Part shown: piece by piece, positions 1 through 10,614 of the stretch | Layout of the letters: each line of letters begins with the position of its first letter | Numbering within the stretch: position 1 is the stretch's first letter | From: Candidatus Kapaibacterium sp. | GTDB lineage: Bacteria > Bacteroidota > Ignavibacteria > Kapaibacteriales > UBA2268 | DNA length: 64,000 bases | Reading direction: 5' to 3' | Assembly (NCBI GenBank): GCA_963665665.1 | Contig: OY762428.1 | Location: forward strand, 1,984,001 to 2,048,000 | Translations under genes and position numbers: made by a program | Notes under the pieces: model-generated | What the model was told of the DNA's origin: nothing | Seen by the model: the letters and a program-made list of their open reading frames with translations, nothing else | Databases searched by the model: none

Positions 1-1
1 C

Positions 2-2119
2 AATGACAAAGCGGCTTTATTCTATGGCAATGCAGACTTTATAACGAAGTTTGTATTTGCAGATAATGAATGGGAAAATATTTATTTGAATACAGGAATA
101 GATAGAATTTCAAGTATCAGAAACGACGATGAAGGTTTTTTCGGCGTGTTTAACAAACAAAATGTTTTTCGGCTTGACTCCGATGGCTGTTTAGTAGAAA
201 TACAGGAAATTACAGGCGATTCCTTGCTTGTATTGAAAGATATACAAAAGTTTGAAAATAATTATTATATACTAAGCGATAAAAAAATCATCGTCTTAAA
301 TTCAGATCTTCATTTTGAAAATGAAATAACGTTTAACGGGAATATTGGTGTCACTGAGTTTATAATATTTAACAACCAGTTGATTGTAGGCACCGAAAAT
401 GCCCGGCTGATATTATACAATCTTCCATCCCTAAATGATAATAATATTCTTAATCTTTATGAATTAGGGCTTTGCGATCCGGATGTCAAAATCAGCAGTT
501 TTAAAAAATCATCAGGCCTTTTTTATTTTATTGACGGAACTAAAATATACTCTACTGAAGATTTTTCTGATTTTATTGCCCACGAAACAAAAAATCTATT
601 CTACGAAGTTTGCGACGGAAATATTTTTACAATGGCTATCGGAGGAAACAGATTAAACAGGTTGCTTTTTTATGGTTATACCGAACAAGGGCCGTATTCC
701 ATAAGCACTGGTATTTTAGACAGATATACAGGTATGCTCTATACGGTTTGTTTCAATTTTATTGATAAAAGTCAATTATTTGTTGTTGGTAATGACAATT
801 TTATTTCTCGTTCAACAGACGGGGGAATACATTGGGAAGTACAATCCTATTATACCTTGGGAAACTTTAGTTTTTCTTTAAACGATAAATTTGCTTTCCA
901 GATAGAAAAAAATGCGCTTTTTTTTAAAACAACCAACGGCGGAATTACCTGGCTGACCCAACTTGCGAATAGCTATTCATTTGATAATTTCAACGGAGAT
1001 TACGCTTATCACTTTTCTGAAGACGGCAGGGGTGTAATTTTCAGGTCTCATACCCAGGGCAGCAGCCCCCAGGCTTTAATAACAACAGACAGCGGCAATA
1101 CTTATAAAGCAGTTAGAATTGATTCGATTAGATCTTACGGATTTATCGGTAGTTCAGCGCCATTAATCAGAAATAATAGCGAGTATGAACTGTTTTACCC
1201 TGCGATGTTTGGAACAACATATAAATATACTCTGCATTTTACGCTTGATTTGGATCTAAATTGCAAAAGGAAGGAACTTCTTGATTCTATTCAGATATTT
1301 CAAATTTTGAAACGTAAACAAGGCTGGATTGCCCTGTCGCAAAATTATAAAAGCTCCTCCGGAGAAAATAATGTTTACCAATTGCTATGGGCGGAGAAAC
1401 TCGGAATTGATTGGGAGGTTCTTGCAACGATGAATGTTAAAGATACAATTTTACAGGGAATGACAATCATTGACGACAACGCATATCTTAACGGAATTGT
1501 TTGGGATGAACCGGAAGATATAAATATTTATAAAATTTGTTATATAGTTAATCTGAATTCCTACGAATATAAATTGATAAGAAGTGATAATCGAGGATAT
1601 TATAATAGTTTCATCAAATTAAATGATAATATCGTTACCGGAATAAAAGAAGGTTTTTTATATAACGATGATATAAATAATAATCCATATAAATGGGAAG
1701 TTGATTCAATTCCTGATTGTTCTATTACGTGGCTATCAACTTTATTTCAAAATCAATGTTTTGCAATAACAGCCGGAGCCCTTAAAAAATTCACATTCTA
1801 CGAAGATACACCAGTAGAAGAACCAGGGGCAGAAGTAATAAAAATGTACAACTATCCTCCATATCCACAACCTGCAAACAACCATGTTAGTACGGAAATA
1901 TACTGGGATAGCAGGTACGATATGCAAAACGCCGCAATAACAGTACACGACTACACGGGCAAAACAATCAGCAAACCCGGCGAGATAAGCGTAAACAAGA
2001 TGAATGTATATCACGGCGAAATAATCTGGGACTGCTCCTCAGTCTCATCAGGAGTGTATTTTATTAATATCCGTCTTGGCGGCACAACAAGGACTGTGCC
2101 GGTTGTTGTGGGAAGGTAG
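2..2119 (+). CDS. T9SS-secreted beta-propeller (BNR/YCF48-like) protein, 5' truncated by window edge
   Basis: Frame open from base 2 (NDKAALFYGNAD..., aligning with the N-terminal part of the 7940-10174 paralog); SxDGGxxW/TxNGGxTW BNR motifs; C-terminal PYPQPA...SGVYFI...VPVVVGR T9SS type A CTD. Confidence 0.85.
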   Translation, partial: NDKAALFYGNADFITKFVFADNEWENIYLNTGIDRISSIRNDDEGFFGVFNKQNVFRLDSDGCLVEIQEITGDSLLVLKDIQKFENNYYILSDKKIIVLNSDLHFENEITFNGNIGVTEFIIFNNQLIVGTENARLILYNLPSLNDNNILNLYELGLCDPDVKISSFKKSSGLFYFIDGTKIYSTEDFSDFIAHETKNLFYEVCDGNIFTMAIGGNRLNRLLFYGYTEQGPYSISTGILDRYTGMLYTVCFNFIDKSQLFVVGNDNFISRSTDGGIHWEVQSYYTLGNFSFSLNDKFAFQIEKNALFFKTTNGGITWLTQLANSYSFDNFNGDYAYHFSEDGRGVIFRSHTQGSSPQALITTDSGNTYKAVRIDSIRSYGFIGSSAPLIRNNSEYELFYPAMFGTTYKYTLHFTLDLDLNCKRKELLDSIQIFQILKRKQGWIALSQNYKSSSGENNVYQLLWAEKLGIDWEVLATMNVKDTILQGMTIIDDNAYLNGIVWDEPEDINIYKICYIVNLNSYEYKLIRSDNRGYYNSFIKLNDNIVTGIKEGFLYNDDINNNPYKWEVDSIPDCSITWLSTLFQNQCFAITAGALKKFTFYEDTPVEEPGAEVIKMYNYPPYPQPANNHVSTEIYWDSRYDMQNAAITVHDYTGKTISKPGEISVNKMNVYHGEIIWDCSSVSSGVYFINIRLGGTTRTVPVVVGR

Positions 2120-2159
2120 TTGCTTTAATGGGAATTATAATTGTTTATAAAATTAACAA

Positions 2160-2183
2160 AAAAGGCGGGTAATACCCGCCTTT
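2160..2183. terminator. Bidirectional intrinsic terminator
   Basis: AAAGGCGGGT-AAT-ACCCGCCTTT hairpin between convergent genes. Confidence 0.8.
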
Positions 2184-2205
2184 CAGAACAATATATTTAT
2201 CGTTA

Positions 2206-3549
2206 TTATTTTTTTACATTTACTGCCCTGCGTCCAATACAGTAGTATTCAAATCCGAGTTCTTCCATGTCATCGGGTTCGTACAGGTTGCGGCCGTCAA
2301 AGATAAGATTTTCTTTAAGCAGTTCTTTCAGCTTATTAAAATCCGGATTGCGGAATACATTCCATTCCGTTGCTATCACAAGGAAATCGGCTCCGTCTAT
2401 ACATTCATACATGTTTCCGGCATAAGAAATTTTATCACCAAACCTCAGCCTTGTGTTATCAGCAGCTTCCTGGTCGTAGGCAATTACGTTTGCACCTGCT
2501 TCAAGAAATTTATCAATAAGTACAAATGCCGGGGCTTCGCGGGTATCATCAGTATTTGGTTTGAATGCCAGGCCCCATAAAGCGATCTTTTTATCCTTCA
2601 GGTCTCCGTTGAAACGATTATTAATTTTATCAAAGAAACGAAGGATCTGCAAATCATTCACCTCGTGAGCAGCCTGAACGATTTTTACAGGATGGCCTAC
2701 GGACTCGGTGGAATGAATAAGCGCCCTGACATCTTTAGGGAAACAGGAGCCTCCGTAGCCAATGCCTGCAAAGAGAAAACGTTTTCCAATTCTTGAGTCA
2801 GAACCAATACCGCGACGTACCATTTCAATATCTGCTCCAACTTCCTCGCAATATCTTGATAAATCGTTCATAAACGAAATTTTTACTGATAGGAAGGAAT
2901 TTGCAGCATATTTGGTTATCTCGGCACTGTACTCATCCATGATATGGATTGGATTACCGCTTCTTACGAAGGGGGCATACAGGTCGCGCATGATTTCTTT
3001 TACATACTCGCTTTTTGTACCTACAACCACACGTTCCGGTTTCATCGAATCTTCAATAGCAAAGCCTTCCCTCAGGAATTCCGGGTTGCTGACAACCTCA
3101 ATAGGTTTTCCGGGGATAACTTCATCGAAAATTGCCCTTACTTTGTCTGCTGTTCCAACCGGAACCGTACTTTTATTTACAACAATTTTTTTGTCATTTA
3201 TGTCGTTCTCTTTAATAATCTCGCCGATCTGCCTTGCAACATTCATAACATGATGAAGGTCTGCCGAGCCGTCTTCATTTGGCGGTGTAGGCAGGCACAG
3301 GAAGATCAACTGTGATGATTTAACGGCATCCTCAAGCTGTGTTGAGAAGTGCATTCTTTCTTCGGCAATATTATTTTTCAGTAGCCTTTCAAGGCCCGGC
3401 TCAAAGATCGGGGGAATACCCTGACGGAGTTTCTGTACTTTTTCTTCAACGATATCAATGCAGGTTACATTGTTACCAGTTTCGGCAAAACAAGTACCCG
3501 TTACCAGCCCTACGTATCCTGTTCCGATAATTCCAATATCATAAGCCAT
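2206..3549 (-). CDS. ugd: UDP-glucose 6-dehydrogenase
   Basis: GxGYVG Rossmann motif, NKSTVPVG, SNPEFLREG, GYGGSCFPKD catalytic Cys, AFKPNTDDxRE. Confidence 0.95.
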   Translation of the reverse strand: MAYDIGIIGTGYVGLVTGTCFAETGNNVTCIDIVEEKVQKLRQGIPPIFEPGLERLLKNNIAEERMHFSTQLEDAVKSSQLIFLCLPTPPNEDGSADLHHVMNVARQIGEIIKENDINDKKIVVNKSTVPVGTADKVRAIFDEVIPGKPIEVVSNPEFLREGFAIEDSMKPERVVVGTKSEYVKEIMRDLYAPFVRSGNPIHIMDEYSAEITKYAANSFLSVKISFMNDLSRYCEEVGADIEMVRRGIGSDSRIGKRFLFAGIGYGGSCFPKDVRALIHSTESVGHPVKIVQAAHEVNDLQILRFFDKINNRFNGDLKDKKIALWGLAFKPNTDDTREAPAFVLIDKFLEAGANVIAYDQEAADNTRLRFGDKISYAGNMYECIDGADFLVIATEWNVFRNPDFNKLKELLKENLIFDGRNLYEPDDMEELGFEYYCIGRRAVNVKK

Positions 3550-3690
3550 TGAAAATCCTTTATTTTGATAGTCAAAAAAACTACAGTACCAAAATTAGTA
3601 AATTTTATTGATATGAAAGGAAAAAAAATAAAAAAACCTTTCGAAGTTATGAAGCGACGAAAGGTTGGGTAAAAAATATCAATAATTCAA

Positions 3691-5415
3691 TTATCTTAGT
3701 TTTCTGCGATATTTATTCTTTTTGGATTTTTTTCTTTTTCCGTATCCCGATTCTTCTTCGTTATCGTCATTTGCAACAGGTTCCACAAGCAGCATCTCGC
3801 CATTGTATGAAGCCTGCTGGAATGCATCAACAACATCCGATTTATATCGGCTGTCAATCTCGAAAAAGGAAAATTTCTTCATCAGGGATATTTTGCCAAT
3901 CATTGCACGGCTGTTGCCAAGCCCTTCGTTAATTATACCCATGATCTTCTGAGCAGACATGCGGTGGCGCAGCCCCAGGTTGATATAGAATTTGGCAAAA
4001 TCTGTTTCCCTCCTCTGTCCTTTTGATTTTTTTCCATCACGGCGGTCGTTCCTGTCATTTCTGTCCCTTCGGCCTTTTCTGTCCCGATCGGGATTATAAT
4101 TCAGGTCGCGTGAGCCTTTATAATAAGACAGGTAGCGGTCGAATTCCATCCATACAAATTTCTTGATAAATTCCTCGCGACTCATATTTTCAGTTTTTGC
4201 ATAAATGTCATCGAGAAATGGCTTAATCTGTTCTTCATCTACATCCACCTGATCCAGCCTGTCAATAAGATTGAAAAGTCTTTTCTCGCAAACTGCTCTT
4301 CCCCCGGGAACTTCCTTTTTCTCGAATTTTTTACCAATTTTCTTTTCCAGGCTTCTAATTTTACTTTGAGCGCGGGAGTGTACAATCGAAATAGATATCC
4401 CGCTTTTGCCTGCACGGCCTGTTCTGCCACTGCGATGTATATAAACTTCCTGCTCCTCGGGGAGTTTGAAGTTTATAATATGGCTCAGGTCATTTACATC
4501 AAGGCCCCTGGCAGCTACATCAGTAGCAACAAGAAACTGCAGGTGGCGATCGCGGAAGCGGTTCATTACTATATCACGTTGTGCCTGGGACAAATCTCCG
4601 TGAAGGGCATCTGCATTATATCCGTCCTGAATGAGCTTATCAGCGATTTCCTTGGTTTCGCGGCGCGTCCGGCAAAACACGATACCATAAATATCAGGAT
4701 TTATATCGGCAATACGTTTCAGGGCTTCGTACCTGTCTTCCGCCCTGACCATATAATATTCATGCTGAACATTTTTTGCACCAGTATTTTTCTTCCCGAC
4801 GGTTATTTCGTATGGATTGGTCATATATTTCTTTACAATCCCTTTAATTTCTGCGGGCATGGTAGCCGAGAAGAGCATGGTCTGTTTGTCATCCGGCATG
4901 GATTTAAGAATGCCGTCAAGTTCTTCCTTGAACCCCATGGTGAATATTTCGTCAGCCTCGTCGATAACCAGGAATTTTATCTCTGTAATATTAAGTTTTT
5001 TTCTTTTTATCAGGTCAAGGGCCCTGCCAGGAGTACAGGCAACAATCTGTGCGCCCTTGTGTAACTTGTTTATTTGTGTTTCAATTTTAGCTCCGCCGTA
5101 AACAGCTACTGTTCTAATCCCGTCAAGATATTTTGAATAACTGTCAATATCTTTTGTTATCTGCATGCAAAGTTCTCTTGTAGGGCAAATTACAATACCC
5201 TGTGGGATTTTTGAACTGAAATCCACCTGCTGTATCATGGGCAGCCCGTAAGCTGCTGTTTTACCCGTACCTGTTTGTGCCAGGGCTATCATATCCCTAT
5301 TGGAGGCAAGAAGTTCCGGAATGGCTTTTTCCTGTATCGGAGTGGGTGTTTCAAATCCCAAATCACTTATCGCCTTTATTATTTCTTCATCAAGTCCAAT
5401 TTCTTCAAATGTCAT
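3691..5415 (-). CDS. deaD: DEAD-box RNA helicase (DeaD/CsdA type) with C-terminal DbpA-like RNA-binding domain
   Basis: Q motif, AQTGTGKT, PTREL, DEAD, SAT, ARGLD, HRSGRTGRAG; basic/RD-rich C-terminal region. Confidence 0.92.
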   Translation of the reverse strand: MTFEEIGLDEEIIKAISDLGFETPTPIQEKAIPELLASNRDMIALAQTGTGKTAAYGLPMIQQVDFSSKIPQGIVICPTRELCMQITKDIDSYSKYLDGIRTVAVYGGAKIETQINKLHKGAQIVACTPGRALDLIKRKKLNITEIKFLVIDEADEIFTMGFKEELDGILKSMPDDKQTMLFSATMPAEIKGIVKKYMTNPYEITVGKKNTGAKNVQHEYYMVRAEDRYEALKRIADINPDIYGIVFCRTRRETKEIADKLIQDGYNADALHGDLSQAQRDIVMNRFRDRHLQFLVATDVAARGLDVNDLSHIINFKLPEEQEVYIHRSGRTGRAGKSGISISIVHSRAQSKIRSLEKKIGKKFEKKEVPGGRAVCEKRLFNLIDRLDQVDVDEEQIKPFLDDIYAKTENMSREEFIKKFVWMEFDRYLSYYKGSRDLNYNPDRDRKGRRDRNDRNDRRDGKKSKGQRRETDFAKFYINLGLRHRMSAQKIMGIINEGLGNSRAMIGKISLMKKFSFFEIDSRYKSDVVDAFQQASYNGEMLLVEPVANDDNEEESGYGKRKKSKKNKYRRKLR

Positions 5416-5744
5416 TTTATATCAATCCTGTTGTTTCGTAAAGCCAATCCGAAAAGTATCGGCAAAATAATTGTTATTCTTATACTTACAAAGATAAGCA
5501 AATTAATTGAGAATCAGCATAAAGAATTATTTTTGCATTTTATCAATTTCTAAGTAAATTTACTGAAATTACAAATAATTAATACTTTTATGAAACTTTG
5601 TTTTTTTTTCACGTTATAAATAAGTATAATATATGATAGCAGAAGCAGATTCTGCTTTTTAGTGTTTTAAATTATTTAGCGGCAATATCGTCTTAACAGG
5701 AAATTAATTTAAATAGTTTATAAATTAAAGAGGTTCGCAAAATT

Positions 5745-7856
5745 ATGAGTTTCAGGACATTAAAATATTCCGGGGCCCTATTATTAATTATCAGTTCGAT
5801 GTTCTTCTGTTCCAATTCCCCTATGAACGAACTGAAGAAAACCGATGCTATAAAAAATCTAATGATGAGAAATATCAGCCAGGGACATTACAGTACATTA
5901 AATCTGAACGACAGCCTGTCTTCAAAAATATTTGATGAATATATCCGCCGCCTGGATTATGGAAAGCGTTTTCTCCTTCAATCAGATGTTGACCAATTGG
6001 AGAAATACAGGTTTAAAATTGACGACCAACTTAAAAAAGATCCGGTAACAATTTACCAGGAAGCTTCGGAAATAATCAATAAAAGAATAAAAGAAGCTGA
6101 GAAATATTATCTTGATATTATTGATAAGCCCTTCGATTTCACTAAAGAAGAAGTGATACAACTTGATCCGGAAGAACTTACTTTTGCCAAAACAACTGAC
6201 GAGCTTAAAGACTACTGGAGGAAATCACTTAAGTATGATATCATGAACAGAATAGTTGATAAATTAAAAATGCAGGAAGATGCAAAAGAGAAAAATGATA
6301 CAACCGTAAAGCAACTTCCTTATGATTCTGTTTATGCCCAGTCAGTTGAAAAAATTCGCAAGCGCTACCACGACTGGTTCCACAGGATGTACAAAATTGA
6401 AGAAAATGACCGTCGGAATAATTTTTTCAATACTGTAGCAAACGTGATTGACCCCCACACGGGATATTTTCCGCCAAAGGACAAAGAAGATTTTGATATT
6501 AAGATGTCCGGTAAGCTTGAAGGTATAGGGGCATTACTTTCACAGAGTGACGAATACATAAAAGTGGAAAGAATTGTTCCCGGCAGCCCTTCCTACAAGC
6601 AGGGCGAGCTTGAAGCAGGGGATATTATTATGGCCGTTGCCCAGGCTGAAGAAGAACCTGTTGACGTGGTTGATATGAGGCTGGATAAAGCTGTTAGGCT
6701 TATTCGCGGCCCCAAGGGATCTGAAGTAAGGCTGACAGTTAAGAAAATTGACGGCGCTATAAAGATAATCCCGATAATCAGGGATGTTGTTTACCAGGAA
6801 GAAACTTTTGCCAAATCAGCAATTATTGAAGAAGATAACGGAGCTAAAGTCGGCGTTATCAAACTTCCTTCTTTTTATATTGATATGAAAGACCCGCGTG
6901 GCAAAAATTGCTCGAAAGATATGAAAGAAGAAATTCGCAAGCTGAAAGAAGAAAATGTTGACGGAATTATTGTTGACCTGCGTAACAACGGTGGCGGTTC
7001 GCTTCAGTATGCTGTGGAGATTGCAGGCCTCTTCTTTGATAAAGGGCCGGTTGTTCAGGTTCATTCACGCTATGGCCAGCCTTACATTTTCCAGGATCGC
7101 GATCCTTCGGTACAGTATGGCGGCCCGCTGATAGTACTTGTAAACAATTTTAGCGCTTCGGCTTCCGAAATTTTTGCAGCTGCTATGCAGGACTACGGCA
7201 GGGCAATGATAATGGGTACTAAATCCTCTTATGGAAAAGGTACTGTTCAGCGTTTCTTCGATCTGGACGAAAGGCTTCCGAAGATGCTGGATGATGTGAA
7301 ACCGCTTGGTTCGATTAAAATGACTATTCAGAAATTTTACAGGATCAATGGCGATGCCACTCAGCTTAAAGGCGTAATTCCGGATATTATTATGCCTGAT
7401 TACTACAAATATATTGATATTGGCGAGGCCGAATATGACTTTGCTATGCCCTGGGATGAAATACAGCCCTCACAGTATAAACCCCTGAACAGCATTGCGG
7501 ATAAAGATGAAATTATTAAAAATGCTTATGCCAGGATTGAAAAAGATACATTGTTCCGCCTAATTGATGAAAATGCAAAAAGGCTGAAAGAACTTCGCGA
7601 GGACAGAGACTATACGCTGAATATGGAAAATTTCAGAAAATTTAAGGAAGAACGCGAGGAAAGCGGCAAAAAATTCAAGCGCATTGGCAAAGATTCACTC
7701 GGCTTGATTTGCAACGCCCTTGAAGCTGATATTCCTGAGCTTGAAGCCGATTCAACCAAGCTGGCAAGCGCTAAGGAATGGAGAAAATCTCTTGTAAAAG
7801 ATATATATCTTTACGAGGCTTACAACGTTATGCAGGATATGATAAAAAATCCCTGA
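5745..7856 (+). CDS. prc: Carboxy-terminal processing protease (tail-specific protease, S41) with PDZ domain
   Basis: DPHT, LEGIGA, DLRNNGGG, SASASEI, GKGTVQ, TQLKGVIPDI motifs; N-terminal signal peptide. Confidence 0.93.
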   Translation: MSFRTLKYSGALLLIISSMFFCSNSPMNELKKTDAIKNLMMRNISQGHYSTLNLNDSLSSKIFDEYIRRLDYGKRFLLQSDVDQLEKYRFKIDDQLKKDPVTIYQEASEIINKRIKEAEKYYLDIIDKPFDFTKEEVIQLDPEELTFAKTTDELKDYWRKSLKYDIMNRIVDKLKMQEDAKEKNDTTVKQLPYDSVYAQSVEKIRKRYHDWFHRMYKIEENDRRNNFFNTVANVIDPHTGYFPPKDKEDFDIKMSGKLEGIGALLSQSDEYIKVERIVPGSPSYKQGELEAGDIIMAVAQAEEEPVDVVDMRLDKAVRLIRGPKGSEVRLTVKKIDGAIKIIPIIRDVVYQEETFAKSAIIEEDNGAKVGVIKLPSFYIDMKDPRGKNCSKDMKEEIRKLKEENVDGIIVDLRNNGGGSLQYAVEIAGLFFDKGPVVQVHSRYGQPYIFQDRDPSVQYGGPLIVLVNNFSASASEIFAAAMQDYGRAMIMGTKSSYGKGTVQRFFDLDERLPKMLDDVKPLGSIKMTIQKFYRINGDATQLKGVIPDIIMPDYYKYIDIGEAEYDFAMPWDEIQPSQYKPLNSIADKDEIIKNAYARIEKDTLFRLIDENAKRLKELREDRDYTLNMENFRKFKEEREESGKKFKRIGKDSLGLICNALEADIPELEADSTKLASAKEWRKSLVKDIYLYEAYNVMQDMIKNP

Positions 7857-7875
7857 TAATCACTATTGTTAAAAC

Positions 7876-7910
7876 AACTCATCCGATCACTTCAAGTGGT
7901 CGGATGAGTT
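7876..7910. repeat. REP-like palindrome/terminator, family 1 (AACTCATCCGATnACTTnAAGTnnTCnGATGAGTT)
   Basis: 35-bp hairpin followed by a T-run; near-identical copy at 17021-17055. Confidence 0.8.
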
Positions 7911-7939
7911 TTTTTTATAAACAATTCCAAAATGAATAA

Positions 7940-10174
7940 TCACCGCCCTACAACCACCGGCACAGTCCTTGTTGTACCGCCAAGGCGGATATTAATAAAA
8001 TACACTCCTGAAGAGACCGAGGAACAATCCCAGATTATTTCGCCGTGATATACATTCATTTTGTTTACGCTTATCTCTCCGGGTTTGCTGATTGTTTTGC
8101 CCGTGTAGTCGTGCACGGTTATTGTGGCGTTTTGCATATCGTACCTGGCATCCCAGTATATTTCCGTACTAACACGGTTGTTTGCAGGTTGTGGATATGG
8201 AGGATAGTTGTACATTTTTATTACTTCTGCCCCTGGTTCTTCTACTGGTGTATCTTCGTGGAATGTGAATTTTAGAAAATGTCTGTCAAGGGTATAAGCA
8301 TACATTGTATTGTCAAAAAAACCGGTTATTTTCCAAACGAAGTATCCCGGTACCGGTTCTTTCTTCCAATAATAGGGATTGTTTTCAATATCCTCGCAAT
8401 ACAAAAGGCAATTGTCACCTCCGGCTACGATGTTGTTTTCCCATTTTATTAAAAATGCTTTATATCCTGATTCGTTGTCCAATCTTATTCTTTTATATGT
8501 ATTTGTTTTTAGGTCAACTTTGAACAAAGGATGCCTGCTGTTTGTATCTTCACCCGGATACCAAACAATACCACTGAGGAAAATATTATCATCGATTATT
8601 GACATATAATTTATTATTGTATCCATCATGCTCAGATTAACAAGTGTATCCCAGGCAACACCTGGCGCATCTGCCGTAAGTATCTGATATGTGTTAGTAT
8701 CTACCCCATAGCCATCTTCATGTCTTCCGTCAAATGAAAGCGCATAATATTTGCCATTATATTTTTGTATATTAAAAAGCTTAGCTGAATCTATACATTC
8801 AGTACTTTTGCAATTCATATCTAAGTCCAATGTAAAAATAAGTGTATAATACAAAGATTTGAATCTGGAAGGATAAAACACTTTATATTCATCATTTATT
8901 CTGATAATTGGAGCATCAGAGCTAAAACCATATCCGTATATTTCATCAATACAAGTTGTATCCCATGTATCGCCGTAGTCATTTGTGTAAAATGTGGTTG
9001 GATAATTGACCTGTGAATGGCTGCCGAAAATAACACCCCTGCCATCTTCGCTGTAGAAATAAGAATATCCTAATGACCAATTCTTTAGATTATAGTTGCC
9101 TGTTTTTTGTGTTTGCCATGATACTCCTCCATTCCTTGTTTTGTAAACTTCTTCTTTTCTTTCTGTCTGGTATCCTGTATTAACATTTACCCATTGCATA
9201 CTTCCACTCGGGTTTAGGTATGATATTAATTCCCAGTTATACCCGCCGTCAGTTGATCTTAAAATTAAATTTTGGGAACCGTAAGCAAAAATCAAATTCG
9301 AATTAATAAATTCAAAACCTATTATCCTGAGCATTTCGCAATACCTGTCTAATTCCGGGTTGCTGATTTGCTCAACTATAGAATCGCTGCTACGGCAGAA
9401 TTTTACAAGGTTATAATCACTGCTGCCAAAACCTGTATATGAATGAATGGAATAAATATTATCATCATAAATATTGAATACTAATGAACCGCTATTTTTT
9501 TTGGTATAATTTTTTAGATCGTTTGTTTGATAAATTGAACTGCCAACCAAAATGTAAAGATCAGAGTTGTATTTTTTAAAACGATAAATTTTAGCAGCAG
9601 AATCCAGGTAGCCCTTTTCTACAAAATCAAATATTTTCGGCTCGTTATCAATGCCATTAACAAATGAATAAAGCGAACCGTTTGTTGTCCCGACAATCAG
9701 ATTATCGTTGAATAATTCCATTTCAGTTGGTACAATATTTTCATCTAAATAAACGGAATTTATTTTTTCAAAATCATTATCAAGAATATCAATACTGTTC
9801 TCATTAAGAATCAAGAAATTATTATCAAGTTTGATTACATCTTTAAATTTTGAAATCGCATCAAAAGATTTTGTATTCAATGGCCTACCTTCACTGTTCA
9901 ACCTAAAAACAGATTGTTCGGATATACCGTAAAAACCGCTATCTTCATTCCTGATTTTGATAATATCGGTTTCCTCGTTAATGATTTTTATCAATTCCCA
10001 GTTTTCATTATTCAAATCAGTTCTTGCAATAGAATTATTAGCCCCGTAAAAAAATATGTAATTATCATTAAAAACCAAGCCGTCGTAATGCATATCCAGC
10101 CGTTGATAATCAAATTTCAAACCGGCATTGGAAATATATACAATTATTAAGAATAGCGGTAATATCTTTTTCAT
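7940..10174 (-). CDS. T9SS-secreted beta-propeller (BNR/YCF48-like) protein
   Basis: ATG at 10174 after GGAG; signal peptide MKKILPLFLII; RSTDGGYNW and KTRNGGVSW BNR motifs; CTD almost identical to that of 2..2119. Confidence 0.88.
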   Translation of the reverse strand: MKKILPLFLIIVYISNAGLKFDYQRLDMHYDGLVFNDNYIFFYGANNSIARTDLNNENWELIKIINEETDIIKIRNEDSGFYGISEQSVFRLNSEGRPLNTKSFDAISKFKDVIKLDNNFLILNENSIDILDNDFEKINSVYLDENIVPTEMELFNDNLIVGTTNGSLYSFVNGIDNEPKIFDFVEKGYLDSAAKIYRFKKYNSDLYILVGSSIYQTNDLKNYTKKNSGSLVFNIYDDNIYSIHSYTGFGSSDYNLVKFCRSSDSIVEQISNPELDRYCEMLRIIGFEFINSNLIFAYGSQNLILRSTDGGYNWELISYLNPSGSMQWVNVNTGYQTERKEEVYKTRNGGVSWQTQKTGNYNLKNWSLGYSYFYSEDGRGVIFGSHSQVNYPTTFYTNDYGDTWDTTCIDEIYGYGFSSDAPIIRINDEYKVFYPSRFKSLYYTLIFTLDLDMNCKSTECIDSAKLFNIQKYNGKYYALSFDGRHEDGYGVDTNTYQILTADAPGVAWDTLVNLSMMDTIINYMSIIDDNIFLSGIVWYPGEDTNSRHPLFKVDLKTNTYKRIRLDNESGYKAFLIKWENNIVAGGDNCLLYCEDIENNPYYWKKEPVPGYFVWKITGFFDNTMYAYTLDRHFLKFTFHEDTPVEEPGAEVIKMYNYPPYPQPANNRVSTEIYWDARYDMQNATITVHDYTGKTISKPGEISVNKMNVYHGEIIWDCSSVSSGVYFINIRLGGTTRTVPVVVGR

Positions 10175-10266
10175 CTCCAATCCTTTATAATTATGGATAA
10201 TTATTTTCCCCGAATGATTAATATCTAAATCTGATTCTTTATTAATGTAGGAAATATTTTATACAT

Positions 10267-10306
10267 AAGCAAGAAAAAATAAATAACCTTAATTTTTTTT
10301 CACAAG
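10267..10306 (-). promoter_or_regulatory. Conserved upstream element with TTGCTT -35 (TACATT -10 follows after 17 nt)
   Basis: ~40-bp block repeated at 20632-20673 upstream of another T9SS operon. Confidence 0.6.
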
Positions 10307-10614
10307 CGGAAATGCTTCTCCACTAACTGCCTGTCGGGATATTGGTATCCCGCAAAGCAATTTTACAAATATCATTTCTTCATGGGTAAAAGATTGTTTG
10401 ACAGTGCAATCAGAATAATGCTTCAAGACTTTTGAGACATTAGCTTCTACCCCCGTAATTACTATTCAAATAAATTATTCAAAACGGGAAAATACTCAGG
10501 CGATTATTCGTCAATTGTAATTTAAGGGTATAATTTAATATTATTTTTTGGCAATTTACCCGTTCTTTTATTAAATTCAGAAATTATTGAAATATTAATA
10601 TACACGGCAGAGAT

